From positions 1,886,485-1,950,484 of the forward strand of contig MU053431.1 of NCBI GenBank assembly GCA_013239625.1: DNA of 64,000 nucleotides, written 5' to 3'. Under the pieces are notes generated by a model. That model was not told the DNA's origin, did not search any database, and worked only from the letters and a program-made list of their open reading frames with translations. Of this stretch, positions 24,186 to 36,251 are shown piece by piece. The first letter of the stretch is position 1, and each line of letters starts with the position of its first letter. The translations under genes and the position numbers were made by a program. Source of the stretch: Lama guanicoe. Its lineage: Eukaryota.

Positions 24186-24690
24186 CTGACGCTCGGGGAC
24201 GGAGTGACTGACAAGAGGTATCTGGGCTCCGGGGACGCGGACGGCTTGGCCAGGATGGACTTGGGCACTGTCACGGAGGCCACTGCAGGCTTCAGGATGT
24301 CTTGCCGGGGTTCCACCGGGGGGGCGCTGTCTGGGCGGGCTGCTGCGGGAGCTGAGATGGCGCACGGCCCGCCCGGGGCGGTTCTGGGGTCTCTGCCGGA
24401 CACTGTGACCGTGGTGAGCACACCGCCACCACAGGAGACAGGGCAGGGGGTGTCTCCCAAGGTGGAGGCCTCGAGGTGGCCGTCCCCTGGAGGCGCTGGG
24501 AGCCACTCTCCCTGCAGGCCCGGCTCCGAGGTGCTGTCAGGCAGGGCCTCTGGAGCTGCCTCGCCAGCCGAGCTGAGGGCCGGCTCAGACGGAGCGCTGG
24601 CGTGCTTGGGCTTGGGCTCCTCCTTCCCAGCAGAAGCGGACAGCTTTTGCTTCTTAGGGGCCGGCTCATCCTCAGCCACGGGAGCCTGGC
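24186..24690 (-). CDS. DIDO1: DIDO1 exon 12
   Basis: QAPVAEDEPAPKKQKLS...TTVTVSGRDPRTAP...PKSILAKPS...SPSV; ttccag| acceptor, AG|gtgcgg donor; 505 nt, phases consistent. Confidence 0.93.
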
Positions 24691-24898
24691 CTGGAACAAG
24701 AGGAGAGCTTTGGTGAGGAGTCCGACCCCCTCAAGAGCAAAGCCTGCCCCCGGGCAGACGACCTCTCCAAAAAAGCAGCACTGCAAAGGTGGGGGCTGAT
24801 TCCATCAACTTCAGAAAACTAAGTTCATTTTTAAAAATCGGCTCGGACACAGCTGTCATAAGACGACTCTCCAAAGTCTCACCCCAGGTCACACTCAC

Positions 24899-25034
24899 CT
24901 GTGCAGATCTTACAGTTCAGGTCAAAGAGATGCGCCCGGTGCTGGCTGGTCGTGTCCTTCAACATGCTGCTGAAGACGTCCAGGGGGGGCGCCGGGCTCC
25001 TCTCGGGGGCTGCCCGCGCCGACTCCTGCTGCTC
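24899..25034 (-). CDS. DIDO1: DIDO1 exon 11
   Basis: EQQESAR...DVFSSMLKDTTSQHRAHLFDLNCKICT; tag| acceptor, G|gtgagt donor; 136 nt. Confidence 0.95.
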
Positions 25035-25238
25035 CTAGAGCACCAGAGACAAGGCGGGTCACCCCGCAGCCGCGCCGGCAGCACATCACGCAACACCGCG
25101 TGATGGAGGGGAGGGCTCTGAGCACACGTGCTCCAGAGTGCGACTGCGTGTGCTTGAGCTCAGGGTCTGCCCAGTAAAGACATGGAATGGATTCGTTTTA
25201 GCCGATTCCTGTGAGCACTGGAAGCCCCAAAGGCTCAC

Positions 25239-25343
25239 CTCTGTGTCTGACACGGGTGGAGAATCCTCCAGGTCGGGGGCAGCCTCCTGTTTCGCAGCAG
25301 GCTTCTTACTTTCATTATGCAACTTAGTTCTGGACTCCATCAC
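25239..25343 (-). CDS. DIDO1: DIDO1 exon 10
   Basis: VMESRTKLHNESKKPAAKQEAAPDLEDSPPVSDTE; canonical sites; 105 nt. Confidence 0.95.
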
Positions 25344-25475
25344 CTAAGAGGAAAAAGACAGACCCAAGCCCTAAGCCTTCTCTCGCAGGGGGACTTGCTC
25401 CCGCCACAGCCCACTGAGTTGCTTGCTTCCGGGGCTGCACATCCCACGCCTCGAGCCGCCGCCGCCAGCACTCAC

Positions 25476-25592
25476 AGATTTTGTCGGCCTCTCCTTCCAC
25501 ACAGAGAGCTCTTTAGATACAAGTTCCTCTGGCTTCATCCTCACAAGTTTTGCCAAGGAGATTTCTTCGCGCAGAACACGGTGGAAGAGCCC
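25476..25592 (-). CDS. DIDO1: DIDO1 exon 9 (TFIIS central domain)
   Basis: GLFHRVLREEISLAKLVRMKPEELVSKELSVWKERPTKS; canonical sites; 117 nt. Confidence 0.95.
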
Positions 25593-26467
25593 CTACAAAC
25601 AAGCATCTTTCGTTCAAAACGCTTCTCTGCAAGTCAGACCCTAAGCTACCAGAGACGACACGGAGAGAGAAGCACGAGTCCTGGTCCGAAGGCCGGGGTG
25701 GGGGCCCGACCCCCTGTGAGTCAGCAGGGGCCCGGGGACCCAGGCCTGCAGGAACACGGTCAGCAGACACAGGCACAGGCCAGGGATGAAGGCAGGGGGG
25801 CCAACAGAGCCAACGGTAAGTCTGGGTGCAACCAGCTCCTAAAGCACAGGCGGAGAAGGCCAGGGCCCACTGGGGGGGGGGGGCAGGAGGCAGAGCAACC
25901 TCACTGGGCACGTGGCTAATCTTTTCGAGCCTTTATATTCAGTGATGCCACTGGAACACACTGCTCGGCCACAGTGCCAGGGGACGTGGTGTGGGGTGAG
26001 GCCCTGCAGTGAGCACTTCTCATCACTCACTGCTTAGCCAAGGAAGCCCAAACTGGCAGGCTCGCTCGGGTGACGGGGACCACAAGGAGGAAAAGGCTGT
26101 CAGAAGCCCAAGTGGGGCAATACCCACATACTAGGTAGAGACATTCCTGGGGCACACGAAATGAACGGGAAAGTGATTTACACCCATGTTTGAAGAGACT
26201 GATCCAGTGTGATGACAATGGACGTCAGGGAGCCGGCAAGGCCCTGGGGCTCCTGGGGAGGGTGGGCAGGATAAATGACCAGCCTCCACACCAACGACAT
26301 GCAGCCCCTGGCACCCGGCAGAGGACAAACAGCTCTCAGCTTTCGCAGAAAGGACACACATGCTTCTGCTTCCAACTGCTGCGTTTGGCTTATGACTGTG
26401 AGATGCAGCTCCGAGGAGCGAGGCTGCAGCCCGGCCGGGCTAGTAGCGCCCCAACAACCGCACACAC

Positions 26468-26627
26468 CTGGTTCTTGGGGTCCTTGAGGTTGAACATGAT
26501 GCTGCGGTACTTGCTCTTGTACCGGTTGTCTGTCACTCGGAACAAGTTAAACATCTCCTTCTCGATGTGCAGTGCAATTTTCCCAACCTCGTTTTCGGTC
26601 ATGACTAGGTCATCACTGTCGCTGACT
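26468..26627 (-). CDS. DIDO1: DIDO1 exon 8 (TFIIS central domain)
   Basis: VSDSDDLVMTENEVGKIALHIEKEMFNLFRVTDNRYKSKYRSIMFNLKDPKNQ; 160 nt. Confidence 0.96.
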
Positions 26628-26770
26628 CTAGGAGGAACAAGAGGCCCTGCGTGAGCTGCTGCACGCACGTGTGGTGTTTTTAAATAGGACAAAAGACAGC
26701 TGAGAAGCAGCCATAACTTAAATGGAAAACCTTCCACTTTAACAGGTAAGAACGGAGTAGAACAGCCCAC

Positions 26771-27248
26771 CTTTTCCACAAAATCTCCTTCAAGGAGCGT
26801 CGTATGTTTTGCCGAATCTGTGAATTTGGCTGTGATGGGGCGGCGCTTGAGGTGCCTAGACGTCCAGGGGCCGGGGAGGCCAGGGGGACAGCAGCAGCCC
26901 CAGGCTTCCTGGCTGCCCCCACTGAAGCAGCAGAGCCGGGGAACTGTCTGGGGGCAGATGTGGCGGTGCTGGGCGCCAGCCCTGCAGGCTTGGTGGCAGG
27001 AGCACTGCCTGCAGGGGCGGCTGAGAGCCACCGCCTCTTGGGGCTGGCGCCCTTGAGGCCCAAGGGAAGCTTTCTGATGGCTGCTTTGCCCGCTGCTGTG
27101 CCAGCAAAAGGAGGGGACTTCTTTGGGACGAGATTTCTGGGCGAGGGCTGTTTGCCGCCCCCCAAGGAGCCCAGAGGACCCGTTCTCTTCGGCACTGCAG
27201 CCGCCGCCACCACCGTCTTCTCCTCCGTGCGCCTGTCCTCCTTCCCTG
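26771..27248 (-). CDS. DIDO1: DIDO1 exon 7
   Basis: GKEDRRTEEK...SQPNSQIRQNIRRSLKEILWKR; acceptor tttgcag|cag, donor AG|gtgggc; 478 nt. Confidence 0.93.
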
Positions 27249-30200
27249 CTGCAAAGGAGACAAGAAGGCTTGGTGAGGGCGCGGGGACCCCACACAGCAC
27301 GCGCCCCAGACCAGCAAAGGCATCCCAGGCATCACTGAGACAGGTTTGGAAGACTGTTAAAATAACCGCGAAATTCAGAAAAGGAGTGTGTGTAAAAAGG
27401 GCTACCAGCAACATTCATGATCGTGACCATACTTTGTTTCAGGAAGAAATGCTTTATTATTAAAACTTTTATTTCAACCAAATAACTCTTAGTTATCAAA
27501 GGCTTGACTGAAATCATTAGCTAAGCTTGAAAACTGAAGGGATGAATTTCACACCTGCAATTTTTGGTAAACAGGAACTTAGAAAACCTTACCAAGATGG
27601 ACCAGACGCATTCTCTTTAAATGCATATTCACCCGCCTTGGGGACCCTGGGGTGTGAAAGGAGGAGCAACAGTCCACTCTCGGGGGGGGGGGGGGGGACC
27701 AACCCCACAGGCCCTCATTCTTTCAGACAAAAGCCAACTGGATGTGATGATGTCAGTAAAACAGAGGAAGCCGGTGGGGACCTGCAGCACCAGCGGTCAG
27801 GTACCCTACACTTTGGGGGAAAGCAGGTGACAGGAGTACAAAATGCTGTCCCCAGAGTTCCCATTTACATCCCGTTAGTTGATCACTGGGTAAGATGGGG
27901 CAGCCCGTTTAATCCCGACAAGGACTGGAGTCCAGAACTAAAACAAAACAGCACCGCCGCCTCTTGCCCTGGGGCAGCCGGCGCTCTGTAGAGTGTGCGC
28001 CTCCCCGGGTCACTCTGCTTCACTCTAAAATGGCAGGCACAGTATCAAAACCCCGGCTTGCACAGGTTTTTAATGCCACGCCGATACCTCCCGCTGACAG
28101 ACCGGGTAACACTTGGTCCTGTACCAGACCTTCAGAATGACGCTCTCAGAAGCAGGGAAGCTCTAAGGCCAGTGTTGCGACCCTCGGCCCCAGGGCTTGG
28201 CCCGAGCTGCTGGGGGCCACAGGCAGCATGTGCACTGGTGGCCCCTGCTGACACACTGCACAGAAAGGCAGGGGTCCAGAGGGGTGAAACGGAGGAACGG
28301 GGGGTCCAGTCATGAGCGAGGGCAAGGAGGTTCAGTCCCACAGGACCAACAGAGAAACTGCCTCCCTAGAGCCGGCTTTTCTCACTAAGCCTCAAAATCC
28401 CCCGAAACCTAAACGGGAAACTTGACAGGTGCTCCAGCGGCCTTCGAACCTCCCGAGCTCAAAGCCGGTCAGTGCTAGGGCTTCCTGTAATCGTCCCGGC
28501 GGGCCAGGGACGGAGCCTGAAATCCGGGGGGAGCTGAGCCCCCGCCAACAGGTATGGCCTGACCCCAAAACAGCTCCCCCGTGTTCACAGCCTGGGGCCC
28601 CGCGCTGCCAACGGCTGGCGTGGCCATGCTGGCAGAGGGCCAGAGCGGCCGCCAAGGCACGGGTACTGGAAGGCCAGGGGCCTCAAGCTTTTCCCAGCTT
28701 TACAGTCTGCACCAGCACCACACACATCCAGAGCTCGGGACGGCACTACAAGCACTTCACCACCAGCTGAACCCGCGTCTCCTATTTCCATTCCACAAAG
28801 CCCCCAAGCTCAAGTCCCCTTGCCCACGGTGTCCCAACACTGGACCCCAGTGCTCGCAGGCATCCCCTGGGCCCGTGCTACCCGTCCCGCTGCTGAGTGG
28901 CCCTGCCGATCAATATCCCCAGTCACCAACAGTCACGGCTCTAAAGGCCTCCTTCCCTTGGGAGCTGAATGTCTGAATAAAGCACAGAATGAGAACATGA
29001 CAAAGTCCGACAAAGCAAAAAATAGGGACGTAATAGGAACTGAGACTAAGAACTACATTTCTACATAAATCATTTCATCAGATCAAGTTTATAAACTTAA
29101 GGAGGTACCGTACTTCAGTATATGTAAATTTATTTTTACCAACTTGAATCTGGCTAACGAGGTCCGCAGCATCGAACCCACGGGACCGCCAGAGTTCAGG
29201 TTACGTCAGATGGACAGAGGCCCCTTTCCTTGGGGAAGGGACGAGCGCAGGGGCATGGCAGGACGTGGTGCGAGACATGATCTCCAGCAGGGGATGAGCA
29301 GCAAACTTGTCCGGACTGCGATCGAGACCTAAAGCCAACCCAGTCAGTGTCTTACAAACACAAATCCTGCTGAGATGATTTTCATGGCGCACTTTTAAAT
29401 AACTCTGCTTCCAGAATCCTCATCGAGGCGCCTGAGCGTAAACGCAAGATCCGTGATGGGCCGCAGACCTTGCCATGCGACATCTACATGGTTTCAGGTG
29501 ACATCTGCTCCCTAAGATCAATAATCCCGCAGGCCCAACTGGTGTGTGCTCACTCACTCAGGGACAACCCAAGCCAGATCACTTTTAGGACACTTCCAGT
29601 ACATGTGATTAAAACGACCTAATCCGAAAGTGGTAACAGGAAATGGACGTCATCTCCTCAAAAAGCAGAGGAGGGCTTTCCTTAAAGACTCAGTGCTCTT
29701 TATAAATATAAAATCAGTTTCTTCTAACTTTTTAAAGTCAACTTTCATTAACCCTTACCTACACCCCTGAGAGTATTTAAGTGTAGTTAGGTAAATTAAA
29801 AAATCATTGGTAAAATGTTGAAACTGGTGGACAGCAACAGCAAGTTGGCCACGTCCCTCTTCTACTCTGAAGGAAAATGCTTAAAAACAGAAGTTACATT
29901 TGGTCCCATGGTGAGCTGGACGTGGGTCAGCTGCTGTGGAATGACAGTGACCACTGTGCAGGGCCAGTGTCCGACAGGGAGACAAATGTTGAGCAGAGCT
30001 AAAATCAAAACCACAAATTCTTCATCCAAATTCACTTGTGTATAAACTCACAGAAGAGCAAGGGATAACTAACCAACCAGAAAAAAACGGTCCTAGGGAA
30101 GCAGCAGGCCAGCACGTTCGAGTGGCTTCAGGGTATAGCAGACTCCCCCAGGGATGCCGAACCCCTCGCTGGTCAGCAACCCCTAAGCTGCAGCACACAT

Positions 30201-33200
30201 GGAGCCCAGGAAGTGCATGGTGGTCTCCCACCTGCTCCTGCCCACCGGGCTGGACGCTGACTGCTTTTGGGAGTGGGTACCAATCTGCCCCTCCGGTGGC
30301 ACAGCCTCCTTCAGTGTCTGCATCCTGGGGGCCTACTTGTGAGGAGGAAGAGGTGCCTGAGTTCCAGGCCCAGAGTTGTCCTGGGGCTCCAGAGGACCAG
30401 ACCACCGCCACAGAAGGAGCTTTTCTGCTGAGTCTGGCAGTCTGTTGGGCTGCGGTGAAGCCTGGTGGAGCACTGAGCTGGCTGGTGTGCTCAGGGACCA
30501 GCAACACTCTAATTGGCCAATTTCCCAGTAAGCATGAAGCTCGGGGCCCTGTCACGCTGCAAGGAGCCGTGGCGCTGGGGCATCGCCGACCACTGGGTGG
30601 CACTGGCGGGCCTAAGCGGAGACGGGAGGACACGGGACGGGGGCCATGATGCTCAGGGAAGACAGCAGCTGTGCAGCCCTCGGCCCACGGGAAGTCACCC
30701 CAGGATGAGCAGCCCGCCCAGCGCCATGCTGCCCCTGCCAAGATGGTCCATGCAGATGGCTCCTCACGGGGGCTGGTGAGAAACCGAGTGACTGCAGACT
30801 GCTTTGCCTCTCGTCCTGTCCAGTTCACTCCTAAAATGCCCAGGCAGGCAGCTTTCTGTCACACTGACACCTGGGGTGGGCCCACTGCTTAAGAACGATC
30901 AGCTGTTGAAGCTAGAAGTCACAGTGAGCCCCTGGAGAGGCGGCGAGCCCTCCACGGGGTGCAGGGAAGCATCCTGCAGGTCGCCGGTCAGAGTGGCCCC
31001 ATGGGTCACCCTCTCTGGAGCCACCCCACTGCCACTGGGTCCCCAACCCACTCGGCGCTAAGACCAGGCAGCTACTGTGGCAAGGACAGTGTCGTGGGGA
31101 CTGAGGGCTCAGAAGACGCACGTGGAGTAGCTGGGGGTGCTGCTGTGACATCAGCCTTTTTCAGCTCAGCGGGACAAGGGCAGAGTGAAGCTCCCCATTT
31201 CAGCTGCTCCTTCACTGTCAAGATTTTTCTCAGGGTGAAAAATCAAGTGGCAAGAGAAAACCATTTTGCTCTTGTGCCTTTGCTTAAGTATCCCGAAGTC
31301 AATCATTCTTCTAGAAGTAAAGTACTGCTTGCTTTCACATCAGAAAACACACGCACTCCCCAAACGAGACTGGGGGCGGCCCGGGCTGCTCTTCAGCACT
31401 GGGGGGCTTTATGTAGGTCCACAGCAGACTGTCCTGCTTTGGGGCTACAAGTTTTTCAAGACTGATTTCTTCTTACTGGTGTCCAGTATTTGAGTGACCT
31501 ACACCTTTTTAGAGAGGGGCAGAGAACTGTCCATAATAAACTTGCAAAAAGCAAGTACACACCTGGAGGCAAATTACCCTTCCTAGTTTTAATAGTGTGA
31601 CATACAATATTTTGAAAGTTAACCCCAAACCTGATTTATGTTGGATTGGTAATACATGAAATGGTCAAGCCATCCTTCCACGTGAGCCCGAGAACGCAGC
31701 AGGACAGGATGGGGGCCACACAGGGAGGCAGGCATTTCGCCCTTCCTGTCTAGGCTACTGGGACCACGGGGACCAGGCCAGACTCCTTCGGGAGGAGAGA
31801 TCTCTTGAGACCTGTCAACAGGCAGCCTCACCAGTTTGATGAGGCTACATTTTAACTGTTATTTGTGCCCGAATTGTCTACTTCAAGCAACATGATGGGG
31901 CAAGGGTGTGTTAAGATTTCGTTTACGACCCCCCCAGGCCGCAGTCCCAAAGGGCCAGGCTCAGCAGAGGGGCCTGCGGCTGGCAGCAGCCTGGGGCCCG
32001 GCGGGCTACGCGGCAGTTACCTGTGTGCGCTCCGTGCTGGCCGCCTCCGAGTGTGCGGCGATGCAAGTCGCCCAGCCTTCACTTACATGAGTCAAAGTGT
32101 AAAATGTCTTATCGATCTTCTACGTCTACTTCTTTAATTTTCAGAAGCTAAGAATAGAACTATGTGCGTGGTGACCTGCAGCACACACAGGCAAGACTGT
32201 CCCCTCGCAACTTCGCACACCCCCGGAGCTCGGGAGCCGTGTGGGGGGTGCACAGCAGCGTCTTCAGAGGGGCCCCTGGGCCCAACACCGCCTCGGGGAC
32301 TCTCCGTAAGCCCCGCTACAGCAGGTGCGGAGCCCCACAGGCTGCACGAAAGCACAGAGCGGCAGGAGGCGAGCAGGACCAGTGCTGTGGGGACCTCTAG
32401 CCCCACCCCCCCGCAGTGGCTGCAGGTCTGCGTTAGGAGGTTAAAGTGCATGTACATGTGAAGCCTTTCCTGCCCTCATTTACTCAACAGCTGGATATTC
32501 TTTTTTAAAGTGTAGAAAGTAAACACTTAAAAATATCAAAGAACACCAGTGACAACCAAGGGAACTGCAACCACGTGGGTAATAGTAAAGTCAGCTGTCA
32601 CGGTGAATCCTTTACCGGGACAAGTTCTGGTCTTCCCTCCAACTGGGGGGAGGAAACCGGTTCAGATGTACAAAGGCTGCTTTGTCTCCCACATTTTTTT
32701 TGCCACTGACAATTCAGGAAGAGCAGATAAAAATGGCTCACACGACTGATAAAGTGCAACTCCCCCAAGCTGTGCCCTTCCCCTCCAACGTCCCTCACAA
32801 CCCCACGTGACTCTAGGAGACTTGTCTCCTCCCGTGACGGCCTGTGGAATGTGCTCCTGGAGCCCACACCAGCTGTCCCCATGGAACCCGTGCCCCGGGA
32901 CCTGCTTCACATGGCATGGGGACCAGTCTGCGTGGCACACACACGAGCCACTGGGAAATGCTTTTATCTGGGTAAGATGCTCAAAACATTGCTGGATTTG
33001 GGTGTACAGTTCTGTCAGGGTTTCCATTTTAATTCTCAAAACTAGATGAAACTGTAGAAGTCTCATTTTCCAGTCAAAATCCAGTGTTTTAAGTCACTTA
33101 TGAGTCATTTAGGGAGTCCAAATACTAGTAGCTGTGCCTGACTCAGAATTTCACTTCTGAATTCTAATAAACCAGGGACAATTTAGAAAAACATTTTCAG

Positions 33201-34287
33201 CCCTCTTTATGCCTTGACAGTAATGAGAAAGAAACAGTGAAATGAAGAATAAGGAGTAAGACTGTAAAAACACAAACATACTGTGAAGAGAAATAAATAA
33301 AACAATTACAGGTTAAAGAAACTATACAGAAATTGTCAAAAACAATTTTTAAAAACTCACCAGAGAACAAGTGTAAGTTAACCCCTCACCCCGGGAACAC
33401 AAAGGAGTTACCGACACTTTCATGGGAAAAGCAGGGAAGAGCTTCCATGCATAGCAAGGTCTTGCCTGCCATGGTCACTGAAAAGCAGCCCCTCCCCTTC
33501 CTGCAACCCAAGGCCAGTGCCAGGCCTGGGAGGAGCAAGGTCCAGAGCACCTCCTGGAGCAGGGAGCTGGCTGCCCAAGGATCCAACGCCTGACTGGACC
33601 CAGGTCAATGCAGAGAGCGTCTCCTCCTGAGAACCGTCCCCAGCATGACCTACACCCCAGATCTCATCCCTGCCCCCCCACGTTATGCTCCGCAGCCAGG
33701 GGTCCTGGTGGGGATGCAGGGCTCTGCCGAGTGTGCGCAGAGTGCCCCCTCCCACTGGCCTGTCGGGAGGGGCCCCTGCACCTGCGAGGTGACGGCTTGG
33801 GGCAGAGAGAGAGGCACTGCTACTCACCAAGGCTGCAGTCGGCGCTTTACCAGTGACCTTTACTCTCCTCCCAATCATCTTTTGGGAAGATGACATTTCT
33901 GGGATAACAAAAAATGATCAGAAGCAACTAGCTCAAAAATATGTTCCTGACGTACACTATGAATTGTGGCTATCCACTCATTTACTTCTGAGCGGTGACC
34001 GTGCTGGGAAGGGCAGTCATTAATTTGTCCCAACTTCCCATCAACAGATCCATCCCCAGCTTCAGTGAGGAGCTGACTGCAGAGAAGAGGGGCAGGGGAG
34101 AGGAGGGAAAGCCAGCCTGTGAGCACAGCCCCAACCTTCCCCCTGTATCACGCGCCAGCCCAGTGCACCTAGACTAACCCCACCCTGGGGCTCTCTGGGC
34201 AGGTTCCCAGGTCCGGTCGACAGGGATGGAGGATAACTGAGCTGAGATCAGTTGCTCAGGGCGCTGTGGCTATACCCCAGTTGTCCT

Positions 34288-34293
34288 TTTATT
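34288..34293 (-). terminator. DIDO1: Candidate poly(A) signal for the short DIDO1 isoform
   Basis: First minus-strand AATAAA I found past the DIDO1 stop, after an AT-rich UTR-like block (34400-35000); the downstream element is weak. Confidence 0.3.
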
Positions 34294-34566
34294 CTGACAC
34301 GTGCCTATCACCAATTTAGAGCACTTCTGCACAATCTTCCAAAGTGACTGCTCCCCACCTGCGCACAGCTGGGTGATGCCCATTTTCAGGCCTGTTCATA
34401 GCCCCCGTTAGCTAAAATGGAGAGGTGCTGCAATTCGATGGAAATTTGAGACATGTCGTTAGCACGCAGTTCTTAGCTCAAACCTAAGTGTATCAAGACT
34501 CATTCTAACACAGCAATTGCTTAATTCTGTACTTAGAGTTCACTCCTAAAATCCAAAATTAAAAAC

Positions 34567-34588
34567 ATATATATATATATATATATAT
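34567..34588. repeat. (AT)11 microsatellite
   Basis: Direct reading. Confidence 0.95.
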
Positions 34589-35419
34589 GCAGTAATGCTT
34601 TGCAAATTATTTGCAACTCCTTTTCTTGGGTCTTGGGCCACTACATTCTTAGAATGAGTATTTAGTTACGCATTTTTCTAACCACTCTGGATTTACCATT
34701 ACCCATGAGGCCTTCCCTCAGGCGACTGCTTAAAAAGCTGGCTGAAAGAAGGCAGCCCACCTCTGTAATTTTGAGATTTAGGGCTACTTTGTGGTGCTTT
34801 TTAAAAAGTCACAAGAGTATAAAACGTAGCACAAAAAAAACTGAATAAAAATAATAAGATGTGGGTTATGGATCAATTTAAATTCCCAAAATTCAATTTT
34901 GGCAAATGAAGCTGAGAAACAAGAACAAAGAGGAAAAATTCAAGTTGCATAACCTCATCTAGGCTCTCAAAGTTCTCTCTGAATTATCTGGATCCTGCTC
35001 ACCTGCAATCTGGAGTGAGGGGACCCAACAGGGCCACACTCCAGTGTGGAGCCGGGACACGGGGTCCCCCGTCTGGGTGCTGCAGAGTGGAGAGACACCG
35101 TGCTCACTTACCTTCGTGCTTATGAAGCGGCGGTCAACGGCCGTTCAAACTGGCTTGTGTGTCTATGTGGTGTGTGGTGTGTGAATTGGACATGAAAAGA
35201 AAATCCCTGTCTGGCCAAAAGCAGCTTAACTCCTGAGAATCATACTTCAGTGGAACATGAGACACAGCACTACTGTGTGAGAGCCCCCACGACAGAGAAG
35301 CGAGGCTCGCAGGCACTCGTGTGGCTCCAAGGCTGGGCCCACAGCGCGTGTCTGGACGACGGGCGCTCGTGCTGGGCAGTGCGCCTGCTCAACCAGGCAC
35401 TGTGAGGTCACGCGAATAC

Positions 35420-35700
35420 TTACCAGAGCCTAAGAATAAAAAAGAGATTAAAGACAGCAACTTTCAGAGGTGAAACATTCAGCAATGAGGCTGGTACAGC
35501 TGTTTGGAAAACAGACAGAAGTCCCGACAGACTAAGGGCGGGCACACGGGGCTCTGAGGTGGCTTGGGTCAGGCGTGCGCGTCCATCTTTGGAAGGGCAG
35601 CACAAAACACAGCTACAACTCCCAGCTCTGGACAGGCCTGAGCGGATGGCTGTCCAGAGAGCCCGGGAAGGGTCCAGAGCTCCCCCTGGGTGATACATAC
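35420..35700 (-). CDS. DIDO1: DIDO1-isoform-specific C-terminal tail (exon 6 read-through; ~620-aa protein in total)
   Basis: The frame stays open past the exon 6 donor: CMYHPGGALDPSRALW...VAVFNLFFILRLW*. The CMYH..LDPSR..W start matches the short DIDO1 isoform as recalled. Confidence 0.75.
35424..35429 (-). other. DIDO1: Putative 6-nt microexon / alternative 3' splice site
   Basis: tttaatctcttttttattcttag|GCTCTG|gtaagt: branch-like motif, polypyrimidine tract, AG, 6 nt, consensus donor. Confidence 0.6.
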
Positions 35701-35917
35701 ATTTACACAACAGAGGCGGCCAGGGGGCAGCAGTCCTTTCTGGCTTTACTGCATTGTAATTGTGGTCACTCGCCCAGGACGGTGTGCCGCTGCTCTCGCA
35801 AGTGGCCTCCTGGGTAAGGCCCTCACTCCTGGGAGGGGCGGCCACCGCCTTCTTCAACGTGTCTTCCTTCTTGTCTGCGGCTGGCCTCTTGTGCACAGAA
35901 GAGATTTTAATGCCTGC
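35701..35917 (-). CDS. DIDO1: DIDO1 exon 6
   Basis: AGIKISSVHKRPA...TPSWASDHNYNAVKPERTAAP...LLCK; cag| acceptor, T|gtatgt donor; 217 nt. Confidence 0.94.
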
Positions 35918-36204
35918 CTGGATAATCAGTAAAACCCCAATCATTAATGAGGTCAGAATTACCTTCCTACATTTCACTTTCCAATCACAGTCGGGCCATG
36001 CCCTATTCCCGGTGTCCAGTCAAGCCCCACAGCGCCCTGAGCTTGTGCGTGCACGGCATCCGCTCAGCGCGAGGGCCTGGCCCACCTCCCACATCATGCC
36101 CAGGACTTCAGCGTCGGAGAGACGTGACAGCACAGCACACGATCCTGCGGTACAGGCAGGCCTCCACGCGAGAAGACGACAACGAACGCAAGGGCCAGTG
36201 GAGA

Positions 36205-36210
36205 CAGGCA

Positions 36211-36250
<40 letters not shown>
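36205..36250. repeat. (CAGG)n tetranucleotide microsatellite
   Basis: About 11 CAGG units with one CAGA interruption. Confidence 0.95.
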
Positions 36251-36251
<1 letters not shown>

